Notes under the pieces: generated by a model | The model's input: the letters and a program-made list of their open reading frames with translations, nothing else | Database searches by the model: none | Told to the model about the DNA's origin: nothing | In this document: piece after piece, positions 23,543 to 30,952 of the stretch | Layout of the letters: each line of letters opens with the position of its first letter | Position numbering within the stretch: the stretch's first letter is position 1 | IMG/VR virus record: IMGVR_UViG_3300020045_012035 | Coordinates: 1-46,685 of that record | DNA length: 46,685 nucleotides | Origin: a virus | Lineage: Duplodnaviria > Caudoviricetes | Direction: 5' to 3' (one strand) | Translations under genes and position numbers: made by a program

Positions 23543-26206
23543 ATGTCAGATAATTTACAAAAAGGAGGAAAGGGAGCTGCTGTAGGGACTAGAAAAGAGT
23601 TTGGTGGTCGCGAGTATATTAAAACTGCAGACGGTTGGAAGTTTGTAGGAAAGGGTAAAGGAAAGGGAGCTCAAAAACATATAGATGCTCATAAAACTTC
23701 TACAGACGATAAGCAACCTAAATCTACACACTCTCCGGAAGAATTATCTACCCATGCCTCTAATACCTCAACAGAAGCTCTTACTGCAGTGGCTCATGAT
23801 AAAACTAAGCCAAAAGAACTTCAACAAGCTGCTCAACAAGAGTTAAGTCATAGAGATAAGGGTAGTAAAGAAATTGAACCTGAAAAAACTGAAAAGAAAG
23901 AAGAGCCTAAGAAGGAGGAAAAGAAGGAAGAAAAACCTAAACCTGCTGAAAAGAAAGAAGATAAAAAAGATGCTCACGAAAAGAGAGGATTTGATGAGTC
24001 TAAAGGAGATGAAGATGTGACTGGTAAGGGTGAGAAAATTCCAGCAGATTATGGTTTACCTAATGAAGAAAGCGCTGTAGAAGGAAAGATCTTAGCTCAA
24101 AAAGATGGAGCTGATAAATTGAGTGTTAAAGACGAAGGATTTAGTTTAGATCAACAAGAAGCTTTAACATCTGAAAGCGATAGCAATGAAGAAGATGATA
24201 TTAATCATAAATTTGAAGCGTTTGGTCGCTTCGCTGCTGGTGTAATTAAAGGACGTATGAAATCTTTAATAGCCTACGGCAGCGGAGGTGTGGGCAAAAC
24301 TTACACTGTAACCACGGAGTTAGAGAAGGCTGGAAAGAAAATATTTGATCCTGAAATTCACGATCCAGGTGAAAGTGGTTATGATTATGTAAAAATTACA
24401 GGGAAAGCTCTATCTTTAGATGCTGATATTATTACTCCTAATGGTATAGTAAAGAATAAAGATTTATCTGTAGGGATGGAAGTTAGTACTTTCGATGGTT
24501 CGTCTGCTAAGATAAATCAGATATTTGACCAAGAAGATGAGCAATTGTATGAGGTATTATTTAATGATGGCTCATCTGTTGAATGTACACTTAATCATTT
24601 ATGGCAAGTAAGGGATCGTATTTCTAGAAATAATAAAGTAGTAGATTTAAAATATATTTTAAATAAAAATGTAGTAAAGCGTTATCCTAATTATAACTTA
24701 TTTCGCTTTGCAATTCCATTAACAGCGCCTGTAGAATATAATAATCCCTCTATCGTTGAAATACATCCTTATTTATTAGGTTATTTAATAGGAGATGGTA
24801 ATATATGCGAAAGTGCAGGATCTATGAATATTGCAATAGGAGTAGAAGATCAAGAGTATGTTTTAAATAAAATCTCTTCATTATTACCGCTAAATCATAA
24901 ATTAGTACCAATATCGACTACAGAGAACTGGGATAAAATAAGCTTTAGAATACAAGGAGATAAAAATTTAAATATTAATTTGATTCGTAGAGCTATTATT
25001 TCATTAGATTTACAAAAAACTTGTTATAATAAATCTATTCCTGAGATATGTTTTACTATGTGTGTAGAAGATCGAATACATTTACTACAAGGATTATTTG
25101 ATTCAGACGGTACAGTAGAAAAGACAGGTAGTGCTCAGTTTTGCTCAGTTAGTAAACAATTAGCTATTGATGTGCGCAAATTAGCAAAATCTTTAGGAGC
25201 GTGGAGTTCTTTTAAAGAGAGAGTGGTACCTAGTAGTAATACGCTGAGATATGAAGTAGTAGTAAATCTACCTAAAACTATAAAATGCTGTTCTTTACCA
25301 CGTAAAGCTATACGCTTAGATAATAGAAGTAAAGATATTCCGGAATTAACAATAGTAGCAGTTAACCTTACTCGTATAGCTCCTAGTAGATGTATATCTA
25401 TAGATAGCGACGATCATTTATACTTAACGAATGATTTTATTGTCACACATAATTGTACTGCTGCAGCTGTATATCAAACTATGTATGAGCATAATGGTAA
25501 AATACTTCTCTTTGACGACTGCGATAGCGTACTTCAAGATGAAAATGCAATCAATCTATTCAAAGGAGCTCTTGATACATCAGGAGATGGAAGTATTAAC
25601 TGGGGAAGTGCTAAAAAACTAAAAGACAGCAACGGAGAGGAGATGCCTGGTAAATTTGCATTTAACGGAAGCGCAATGTTCGTTTCTAATCTTGATATTG
25701 GAAAAGATAAAAACGGAAAACAGTCAAATCCTCAATTACAACCAATTGTTTCTCGTGGATACGGTATTAATTTAACGATGGATAAAAAGAAAACAATGGA
25801 TCGCATTACTCATATTGCTACAAGTAAAGATGGCAAATTGACGAATCTTAAATTTCCAGGAACGCCAGATTATACTCACGAAGACATGAAAGCTGTATTA
25901 GAGTATATGGGTAAGAATAAAGATAAAGCGTCAGATTTAAATGTAAGAACAGTAGGAACTTTGCTTGCAATCAAAAAAGATGCAGATGAAGCAGGAGTGA
26001 ATTGGCAAGATGATGCAAAGTACGTTTATCTAAGAAAATCAAATACTCCTGATATCTATAATGGAGGATTATTCAACGCTAGAAAAGACGTTATACAAAA
26101 GTCTTTAGGAATTGATGAGCGAACTATTGGAGATAAGAAAATTGATTGGTGTACATTAAAGAAAGCATCTTTAAGAGGAAATGTAAAAAGTCTCGAATAC
26201 AGATAA
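23543..26206 (+). CDS. Putative head-cargo AAA+ ATPase with the shared N-terminal module and an intein
   Basis: Start reassigned to ATG 23543 (MSDNLQKGG); Walker A GSGGVGKT, Walker B LLFDDCD; K/E-rich linker. Confidence 0.8.
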   Translation: MSDNLQKGGKGAAVGTRKEFGGREYIKTADGWKFVGKGKGKGAQKHIDAHKTSTDDKQPKSTHSPEELSTHASNTSTEALTAVAHDKTKPKELQQAAQQELSHRDKGSKEIEPEKTEKKEEPKKEEKKEEKPKPAEKKEDKKDAHEKRGFDESKGDEDVTGKGEKIPADYGLPNEESAVEGKILAQKDGADKLSVKDEGFSLDQQEALTSESDSNEEDDINHKFEAFGRFAAGVIKGRMKSLIAYGSGGVGKTYTVTTELEKAGKKIFDPEIHDPGESGYDYVKITGKALSLDADIITPNGIVKNKDLSVGMEVSTFDGSSAKINQIFDQEDEQLYEVLFNDGSSVECTLNHLWQVRDRISRNNKVVDLKYILNKNVVKRYPNYNLFRFAIPLTAPVEYNNPSIVEIHPYLLGYLIGDGNICESAGSMNIAIGVEDQEYVLNKISSLLPLNHKLVPISTTENWDKISFRIQGDKNLNINLIRRAIISLDLQKTCYNKSIPEICFTMCVEDRIHLLQGLFDSDGTVEKTGSAQFCSVSKQLAIDVRKLAKSLGAWSSFKERVVPSSNTLRYEVVVNLPKTIKCCSLPRKAIRLDNRSKDIPELTIVAVNLTRIAPSRCISIDSDDHLYLTNDFIVTHNCTAAAVYQTMYEHNGKILLFDDCDSVLQDENAINLFKGALDTSGDGSINWGSAKKLKDSNGEEMPGKFAFNGSAMFVSNLDIGKDKNGKQSNPQLQPIVSRGYGINLTMDKKKTMDRITHIATSKDGKLTNLKFPGTPDYTHEDMKAVLEYMGKNKDKASDLNVRTVGTLLAIKKDADEAGVNWQDDAKYVYLRKSNTPDIYNGGLFNARKDVIQKSLGIDERTIGDKKIDWCTLKKASLRGNVKSLEYR
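24407..25453 (+). mobile_element. Class 3 intein with a LAGLIDADG homing endonuclease (349 aa)
   Basis: TGK|ALSLDADIITPNG ... IVTHN|C; block B CTLNHLW (W), block F SRCISI (C), block G THN (T) give the WCT signature; LLGYLIGDG and LQGLFDSDG. Confidence 0.92.
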
Positions 26207-26207
26207 A

Positions 26208-26260
26208 TATTTTACATACTTTTGTTGCATAATAATAAAATAGAAATTATCTTTACCTCA
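26208..26260 (+). promoter_or_regulatory. Repeated phage promoter inside the head module
   Basis: 51/53 identical to 13849-13901. Confidence 0.7.
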
Positions 26261-26277
26261 ATAAAAATAAATAAATC

Positions 26278-27456
26278 ATGTCAGATCAAAGTCAATATAA
26301 TTTCGACGAAGGAAGAAAAGCAATCATAACTGATAACTTACTAAAAAGCTATGGTATTGATCAATCAATCGAAAAATCTCAAGAAAATATCACTATTCCT
26401 AAAAAAGAATTTATCGATGAGCATGAGAAATTAGTTGACGTTCTTAACTCTCCTTCTCATACTGACGATAAAGAGGAGGCAGAAGATCAAGAAAAAGAAC
26501 TTAAACAAGTTACCAAATCTAATCAAGATACTCTTGAAAAAGGAGGTAAAAGAGCTGTTATTGGAGAAAAGCGTGAATTCAGCGGAAGAATGTATATCAA
26601 GACTGCAGACGGTTGGAAATTTTTTGGTAAAGGAACTGGAACTAAAGCTCAAGGTCATCATGAGTCTAGTAATTCTAAATCAGAAAGTAAGGTTGAAGAT
26701 AAAAACAACCCCTTTGGATTCGACAGTAAAGAGCAATATGATTCATATATACAGGGATTAGCTTCTCACTCTGTTAAGTTTGGACTTACAAAAGATGATT
26801 ATTGGACTTCTATTGACAATAAAGAAATTGCTGAAAAAATCAAAACACATTCAAGATCAGCAACGCCTACTAATGAGTTTAAGAAAATTCAAGCAGACGT
26901 AACTGCAGCTAAAAAGAAAATGAATGAAGTAAAGTCTGTAGCACAATCTGCAGGAATATCTCAAAAAGAATTTGATAAATTACATCCTGGAACCAAAAAA
27001 GAGCTAGAGAATAATACTAAGAAACAAGCTCCAGGACATATTGATAGTGTTAAGTATCAAGAAGAGGTTAGAGAAAAACATACTCCTAAAGAAGATAAGA
27101 AACAATCTTTTTCAGATTTGGAGAATGTTAAAGAAGATTTGAAAGATAAGTTTAAAGGATATAAATTCAAAGAAAGCGATAATACTTACGGCGGTAAAAC
27201 TATATCTTTTTCTAAAAACGATAGAAATGAAGATTCCTCATTTGATATTCAACAAAAAACTGAAAAAGGATTCTTCGTTAATATGATTACTAAGAAAGTA
27301 GTTTCTTCAACTAGTTTAGCTGATCCGTCTAAAAACTACCAAACTACATCAGCTCGAAGCGTAAGACATAAAACTATCAAAACATCCAATCACGTTGATA
27401 CTATGAAAGATGTTTATAAGCTTATCGATAGACATTTGAGTAAAATCAATAAATAA
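26278..27456 (+). CDS. Putative head-cargo protein with the shared 39-aa module
   Basis: Acidic propeptide-like N-terminus with LLKS/IEKS/VTKS, then LEK|GGKRAVIGEKREFSGRMYIKTADGWKFFGKG; basic C-terminus. Confidence 0.7.
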   Translation: MSDQSQYNFDEGRKAIITDNLLKSYGIDQSIEKSQENITIPKKEFIDEHEKLVDVLNSPSHTDDKEEAEDQEKELKQVTKSNQDTLEKGGKRAVIGEKREFSGRMYIKTADGWKFFGKGTGTKAQGHHESSNSKSESKVEDKNNPFGFDSKEQYDSYIQGLASHSVKFGLTKDDYWTSIDNKEIAEKIKTHSRSATPTNEFKKIQADVTAAKKKMNEVKSVAQSAGISQKEFDKLHPGTKKELENNTKKQAPGHIDSVKYQEEVREKHTPKEDKKQSFSDLENVKEDLKDKFKGYKFKESDNTYGGKTISFSKNDRNEDSSFDIQQKTEKGFFVNMITKKVVSSTSLADPSKNYQTTSARSVRHKTIKTSNHVDTMKDVYKLIDRHLSKINK

Positions 27457-27722
27457 TGTGCGATAAAGGAGAAATAGGAAACTTCTCTTACGAGAAGCAG
27501 AAAGATGGAACTTTTCTTTATAAAGCTAAAGAAAACACTCTATCTTCAAAAAAAGTGATTAAAAAAGCTCAATATAAGGAAAAACCTCAATATAAAGCTT
27601 TAGAACAGATCGAAAACAAATCTATAGCTAGATTTCAGAATGATTTAAAAACGACAGTAAAAAACGTAGTACAACTTCTAAATACAATATCAAATGAGCG
27701 GATTCAAACATCAAGAAAATAA
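27456..27722 (+). CDS. Small basic hypothetical protein in the head module
   Basis: 88-aa ORF, TAATG-coupled. Confidence 0.55.
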   Translation: MCDKGEIGNFSYEKQKDGTFLYKAKENTLSSKKVIKKAQYKEKPQYKALEQIENKSIARFQNDLKTTVKNVVQLLNTISNERIQTSRK

Positions 27723-28581
27723 AAGAGAGATTTCAAACAATATCGCATCGCTTTACGGAACTGAGCATCCTACAGAAGCTATTCAAAAAAGTGAGCAACA
27801 AAACCTATCTCCTTTTGAACATAGAGAGTTAGTAAAATCTCAGATAGCTGGAAGTTTCAATGAAAATACTCCTAGTTTATCTGACGAAGAATTAGAGAAA
27901 AGTGCTGAGGACACTCTTGAAAAAGGAGGAAAACGTGCTGTTATTGGAGAAAGAAGACAATTTGGAGGAAGAGAATATATTAAAACCAAAGATGGCTGGA
28001 AATTTCATGGCAAAGGAAGTGGAGTAAAAGCTACAAGTCATCGTGAAGGAGCTTTAGATCATCATGTAGAAACAGGTAAAGGTGCTGGAGAAAAGAAAGA
28101 AGAATCAGAGCATTCTAAATTATCTGATGCTGATTTAGAGCGTAGAAAAGAAGTAGCTACTAACTTAGGGAGTGCAGCTTTAAAAACTGGCAAACCTGAG
28201 GATGTAACTAAATTAATGCAAGAAGTGCACGCTATCGAAACTGAACAAAAGAAAAGAGCAGAAAAAGAAGTTGGTAAAGTAGGAAAGCCTGACTCAATCA
28301 CTTTAGATAGAGATCATAAAGAAAAACCTACATCTAAACACATTGGAGATATGAGTGCTACAGATATGAAAGCTGCAGCAGACAAATTAGGTATCGACGT
28401 AAAAGGAAAATCAGTAAAGCAAGTACGCGAAGCTCTAACAGGAGCTAATATCGATAAGCAATTAGCTGATTTCAAAGCTAAGAAAGGAGATAATAAAGAA
28501 CCAACGCACGATCCGGAGACAGGAAGAGAATTGACTTCGTTAGAAAGAGCAGCTTTAAAAGCTCAAAGTGAGGGAAAGTAG
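27694..28581 (+). CDS. Putative head-cargo protein with the shared 39-aa module (short form)
   Basis: IQKS/LVKS/LEKS, then LEK|GGKRAVIGERRQFGGREYIKTKDGWKFHGKG. Confidence 0.7.
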   Translation: MSGFKHQENKREISNNIASLYGTEHPTEAIQKSEQQNLSPFEHRELVKSQIAGSFNENTPSLSDEELEKSAEDTLEKGGKRAVIGERRQFGGREYIKTKDGWKFHGKGSGVKATSHREGALDHHVETGKGAGEKKEESEHSKLSDADLERRKEVATNLGSAALKTGKPEDVTKLMQEVHAIETEQKKRAEKEVGKVGKPDSITLDRDHKEKPTSKHIGDMSATDMKAAADKLGIDVKGKSVKQVREALTGANIDKQLADFKAKKGDNKEPTHDPETGRELTSLERAALKAQSEGK

Positions 28582-28606
28582 ATAGCTCCTCCTCAAAAGA
28601 GGAGCT
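28572..28606 (+). promoter_or_regulatory. Programmed -1 ribosomal frameshift signal
   Basis: G GGA AAG heptamer (28572-28578) in frame just before TAG, 5-nt spacer, 8-bp stem AGCTCCTC/GAGGAGCT. Confidence 0.8.
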
Positions 28607-28895
28607 TCAATCAAAAATTCCACTTAGAGATATTAATCAAATCAAACGACTAGCTCAGTATCTTCAAGATAACTATAAGTCGATCGGTCAACATTATAAT
28701 TACAGCGAATACTTTTATTCAGTTTCAGAACCACTATCTTCTAAACAATTTCAAAAACTGAAAGACGAATACGAGAAGAAAGATCAAGAACTTACTAAAC
28801 TTACTGATCAATATCATGCAGATCAATTATATCAAGTCGATGATGAAAACTTTCGAGGATTAAATGGCGGAGGAGACTACGGATATAGAGATTAA
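28578..28895 (+). CDS. 105-aa -1 frame extension of the 27694 ORF (~400-aa long form)
   Basis: Open frame VDSSSSKEEL...GGGDYGYRD* with no ATG/GTG/TTG, closed upstream by TGA at 28569-28571. Confidence 0.75.
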   Translation, partial: VDSSSSKEELQSKIPLRDINQIKRLAQYLQDNYKSIGQHYNYSEYFYSVSEPLSSKQFQKLKDEYEKKDQELTKLTDQYHADQLYQVDDENFRGLNGGGDYGYRD

Positions 28896-28897
28896 TT

Positions 28898-29839
28898 ATG
28901 ACACTAACTCCACAACAAACCAACTCTCTTCTTGAGATAATTAACAATAATCAAGCTCTAATCATTGGACGTGAATTAGGGCTTGACTACTTATCTGATT
29001 ATGATAAGGAAATTTTAGAAAGGTTCGGAGTAGATCTTAACGAAATCTACTTACCGCAGACAGATACGATCTTCTCTTCATTCCATTTTGGTCTCCTAAG
29101 TGATAGTTTGAATAACATAGGATTTGCCGAAGATGTAACTTTCGACGATTTATACGAATATATTTCAAAAGGAGATTACATTCCTTTGACTACTCAAGAA
29201 TTAGCTACTATTGAAAGCATTAAAACACAATCATTAGCAAGTTTAAGATCAGTAAATAATAAAATTTTCCAGGATATTAATCAAATCCTTCCTAACTCAT
29301 CTAGATCTACTCAAGAAGAGTTCATTAAAAAAGAAGTCGAACAAGGAGTTCAATATAAAAAGACTGTTCGTGAAATAGCTAATGAAATAGCTCACAAGAC
29401 AGGAGATTGGACTAGAGATTTCGATAGAATAATTCAGTACAATTCTCAGAAAGCGTATGAAGAAGGAAAAGCAGCTGCTATTCAAAGACAATATGGAGAT
29501 GACGTTTATGTTTATAAGAATGTATATCAAGGAGCGTGTAAACATTGTATTAGATTATATCTAACAGCAGGATTAGGAAGTCAACCTAAGATCTTCAAAT
29601 TAAGCGAGTTAAAAGGTAATGGTTCGAATATAGGTAAAAAGGTAGCAGATTGGCTTCCGACCTTAGAACCATCGCATCCGTATTGCAGATGTAACCTAGT
29701 ATTTCTTTCAACCCTCCAACAAACTAACACTTGGAATAAGCAAAATAAGAAATTTAAGACTACTACCACAACAACTCCAACATCAAGACCACGTCCTAAG
29801 ATAAAAGCTATTGTAGGTGGTAAGGAAGTTTGGGTATAA
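28898..29839 (+). CDS. Head morphogenesis protein (MuF / SPP1 gp7-like)
   Basis: ACKHCIRLY...SHPYCRC motifs; position in the head module. Confidence 0.8.
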   Translation: MTLTPQQTNSLLEIINNNQALIIGRELGLDYLSDYDKEILERFGVDLNEIYLPQTDTIFSSFHFGLLSDSLNNIGFAEDVTFDDLYEYISKGDYIPLTTQELATIESIKTQSLASLRSVNNKIFQDINQILPNSSRSTQEEFIKKEVEQGVQYKKTVREIANEIAHKTGDWTRDFDRIIQYNSQKAYEEGKAAAIQRQYGDDVYVYKNVYQGACKHCIRLYLTAGLGSQPKIFKLSELKGNGSNIGKKVADWLPTLEPSHPYCRCNLVFLSTLQQTNTWNKQNKKFKTTTTTTPTSRPRPKIKAIVGGKEVWV

Positions 29840-29874
29840 TAGAAAAATTGTATTTTTAACAAAAATCTAAAGAT

Positions 29875-30225
29875 ATGTTACACGATTTATTACTTAAAAA
29901 CGAAGAAGATACATTGCTTGGTATTGCTAAGATAGATATCTCTAATGATGAAACTAATATTGCTCAAAAACAAGTTAGTTTGAATTTTATCACTAAGGCT
30001 GAGCCACCATTTTCTTTCGATACAGAAGATGTTACTGCGTTTGAGTTAGAGCAAGAAAAAGTAGAGCGTTTTATTCAGCCTAAAAATTATTTGATGAGCG
30101 ATCTACTTTCAGATCTAACTGATATTGATATTGTAGCAGAATTTGATGGAGAGGAGTTAAATCCAGTCCCAACTACTACTACAACCACTGCAGCTCCAAC
30201 AACTACCACTACTACTGCGGGATAA
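29875..30225 (+). CDS. Acidic protein with a poly-Thr tail
   Basis: Ends PVPTTTTTTAAPTTTTTTAG. Confidence 0.6.
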   Translation: MLHDLLLKNEEDTLLGIAKIDISNDETNIAQKQVSLNFITKAEPPFSFDTEDVTAFELEQEKVERFIQPKNYLMSDLLSDLTDIDIVAEFDGEELNPVPTTTTTTAAPTTTTTTAG

Positions 30226-30236
30226 TAAAAGATTAA

Positions 30237-30584
30237 ATGGAAACTACAACTCTAAGATTCTCAAGAGTCGCTAATAATATAAGTGTCGATTATAAAGCGA
30301 CGCTTACAGACGAAAACGATGTAGATGAAAATTTTAGAGTTGGAGCGCCATCTAATATAAACAGTTATCTCGAAACTCAAATATTCTATTTCTTTGATAG
30401 AAAGAAATGGACATTAAATGAGATGATTTTTTTTGCCAATAATAACAATCTGTGTTTAACGATTTATGATAAGCAAGGAGAAGTGGTTAAGCAATATGGA
30501 GCCTGTAGTGGAGTATGTCTTGGAGAGTTTAAAATCAACAACGATTGTTTCATTGTTAATAATAAATTTTTGCAAATAAATTAA
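30237..30584 (+). CDS. Hypothetical virion-module protein
   Basis: 115-aa ORF. Confidence 0.55.
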   Translation: METTTLRFSRVANNISVDYKATLTDENDVDENFRVGAPSNINSYLETQIFYFFDRKKWTLNEMIFFANNNNLCLTIYDKQGEVVKQYGACSGVCLGEFKINNDCFIVNNKFLQIN

Positions 30585-30586
30585 AA

Positions 30587-30922
30587 ATGAGCGAAACAAT
30601 ATTTACCATTCCAATAGCTCCTAACGATTATGATTTATCGCTAGGAAGTGTTATGATTCATAATTTAAGTGCACCTCCTGGAACGTCAACTAAAATTATG
30701 ACTATTCCTCAGTTTAAAATTAAACTAGCTTGCAATATAATTTCTGCTGGCACTTTTTTAATATTTAAAAAACCAGGTAACTCAGATGAGTTCAATATTG
30801 AAGCAGGAGATATTGGTCAAGGATGGTTTAGCTCTACATTATATATTATAAGAGGTATATATTTAGGAGGATTAATTACAGAGTTATCAAGCTGGAATAT
30901 ATTAGAGTCTTTAGAATTTTAA
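30587..30922 (+). CDS. Hypothetical virion-module protein
   Basis: 111-aa ORF. Confidence 0.55.
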   Translation: MSETIFTIPIAPNDYDLSLGSVMIHNLSAPPGTSTKIMTIPQFKIKLACNIISAGTFLIFKKPGNSDEFNIEAGDIGQGWFSSTLYIIRGIYLGGLITELSSWNILESLEF

Positions 30923-30952
30923 AATTAAATAAAAATAATAAATAGAACAAAT

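Noticed and set aside
6145-26260. CRISPR array or att sites suggested by the repeated TACATACTT..GTTG motif
   Set aside because: Copies are dispersed, intergenic and co-oriented upstream of genes, which fits promoters; no cas or integrase gene is present
4018-26761. Nested + strand ORFs 4018-4233, 25431-25622 and 26435-26761
   Set aside because: Alternate frames inside DHFR, the ATPase and the cargo gene, with no independent support
28579-28581. TAG readthrough or an alternative genetic code
   Set aside because: The zero frame soon meets another TAG, and genes elsewhere are intact under code 11; a -1 frameshift explains the gap better
28584-28606. Hairpin as an intrinsic terminator
   Set aside because: No poly-T tail, and its position 5 nt after a slippery heptamer fits a frameshift stimulator
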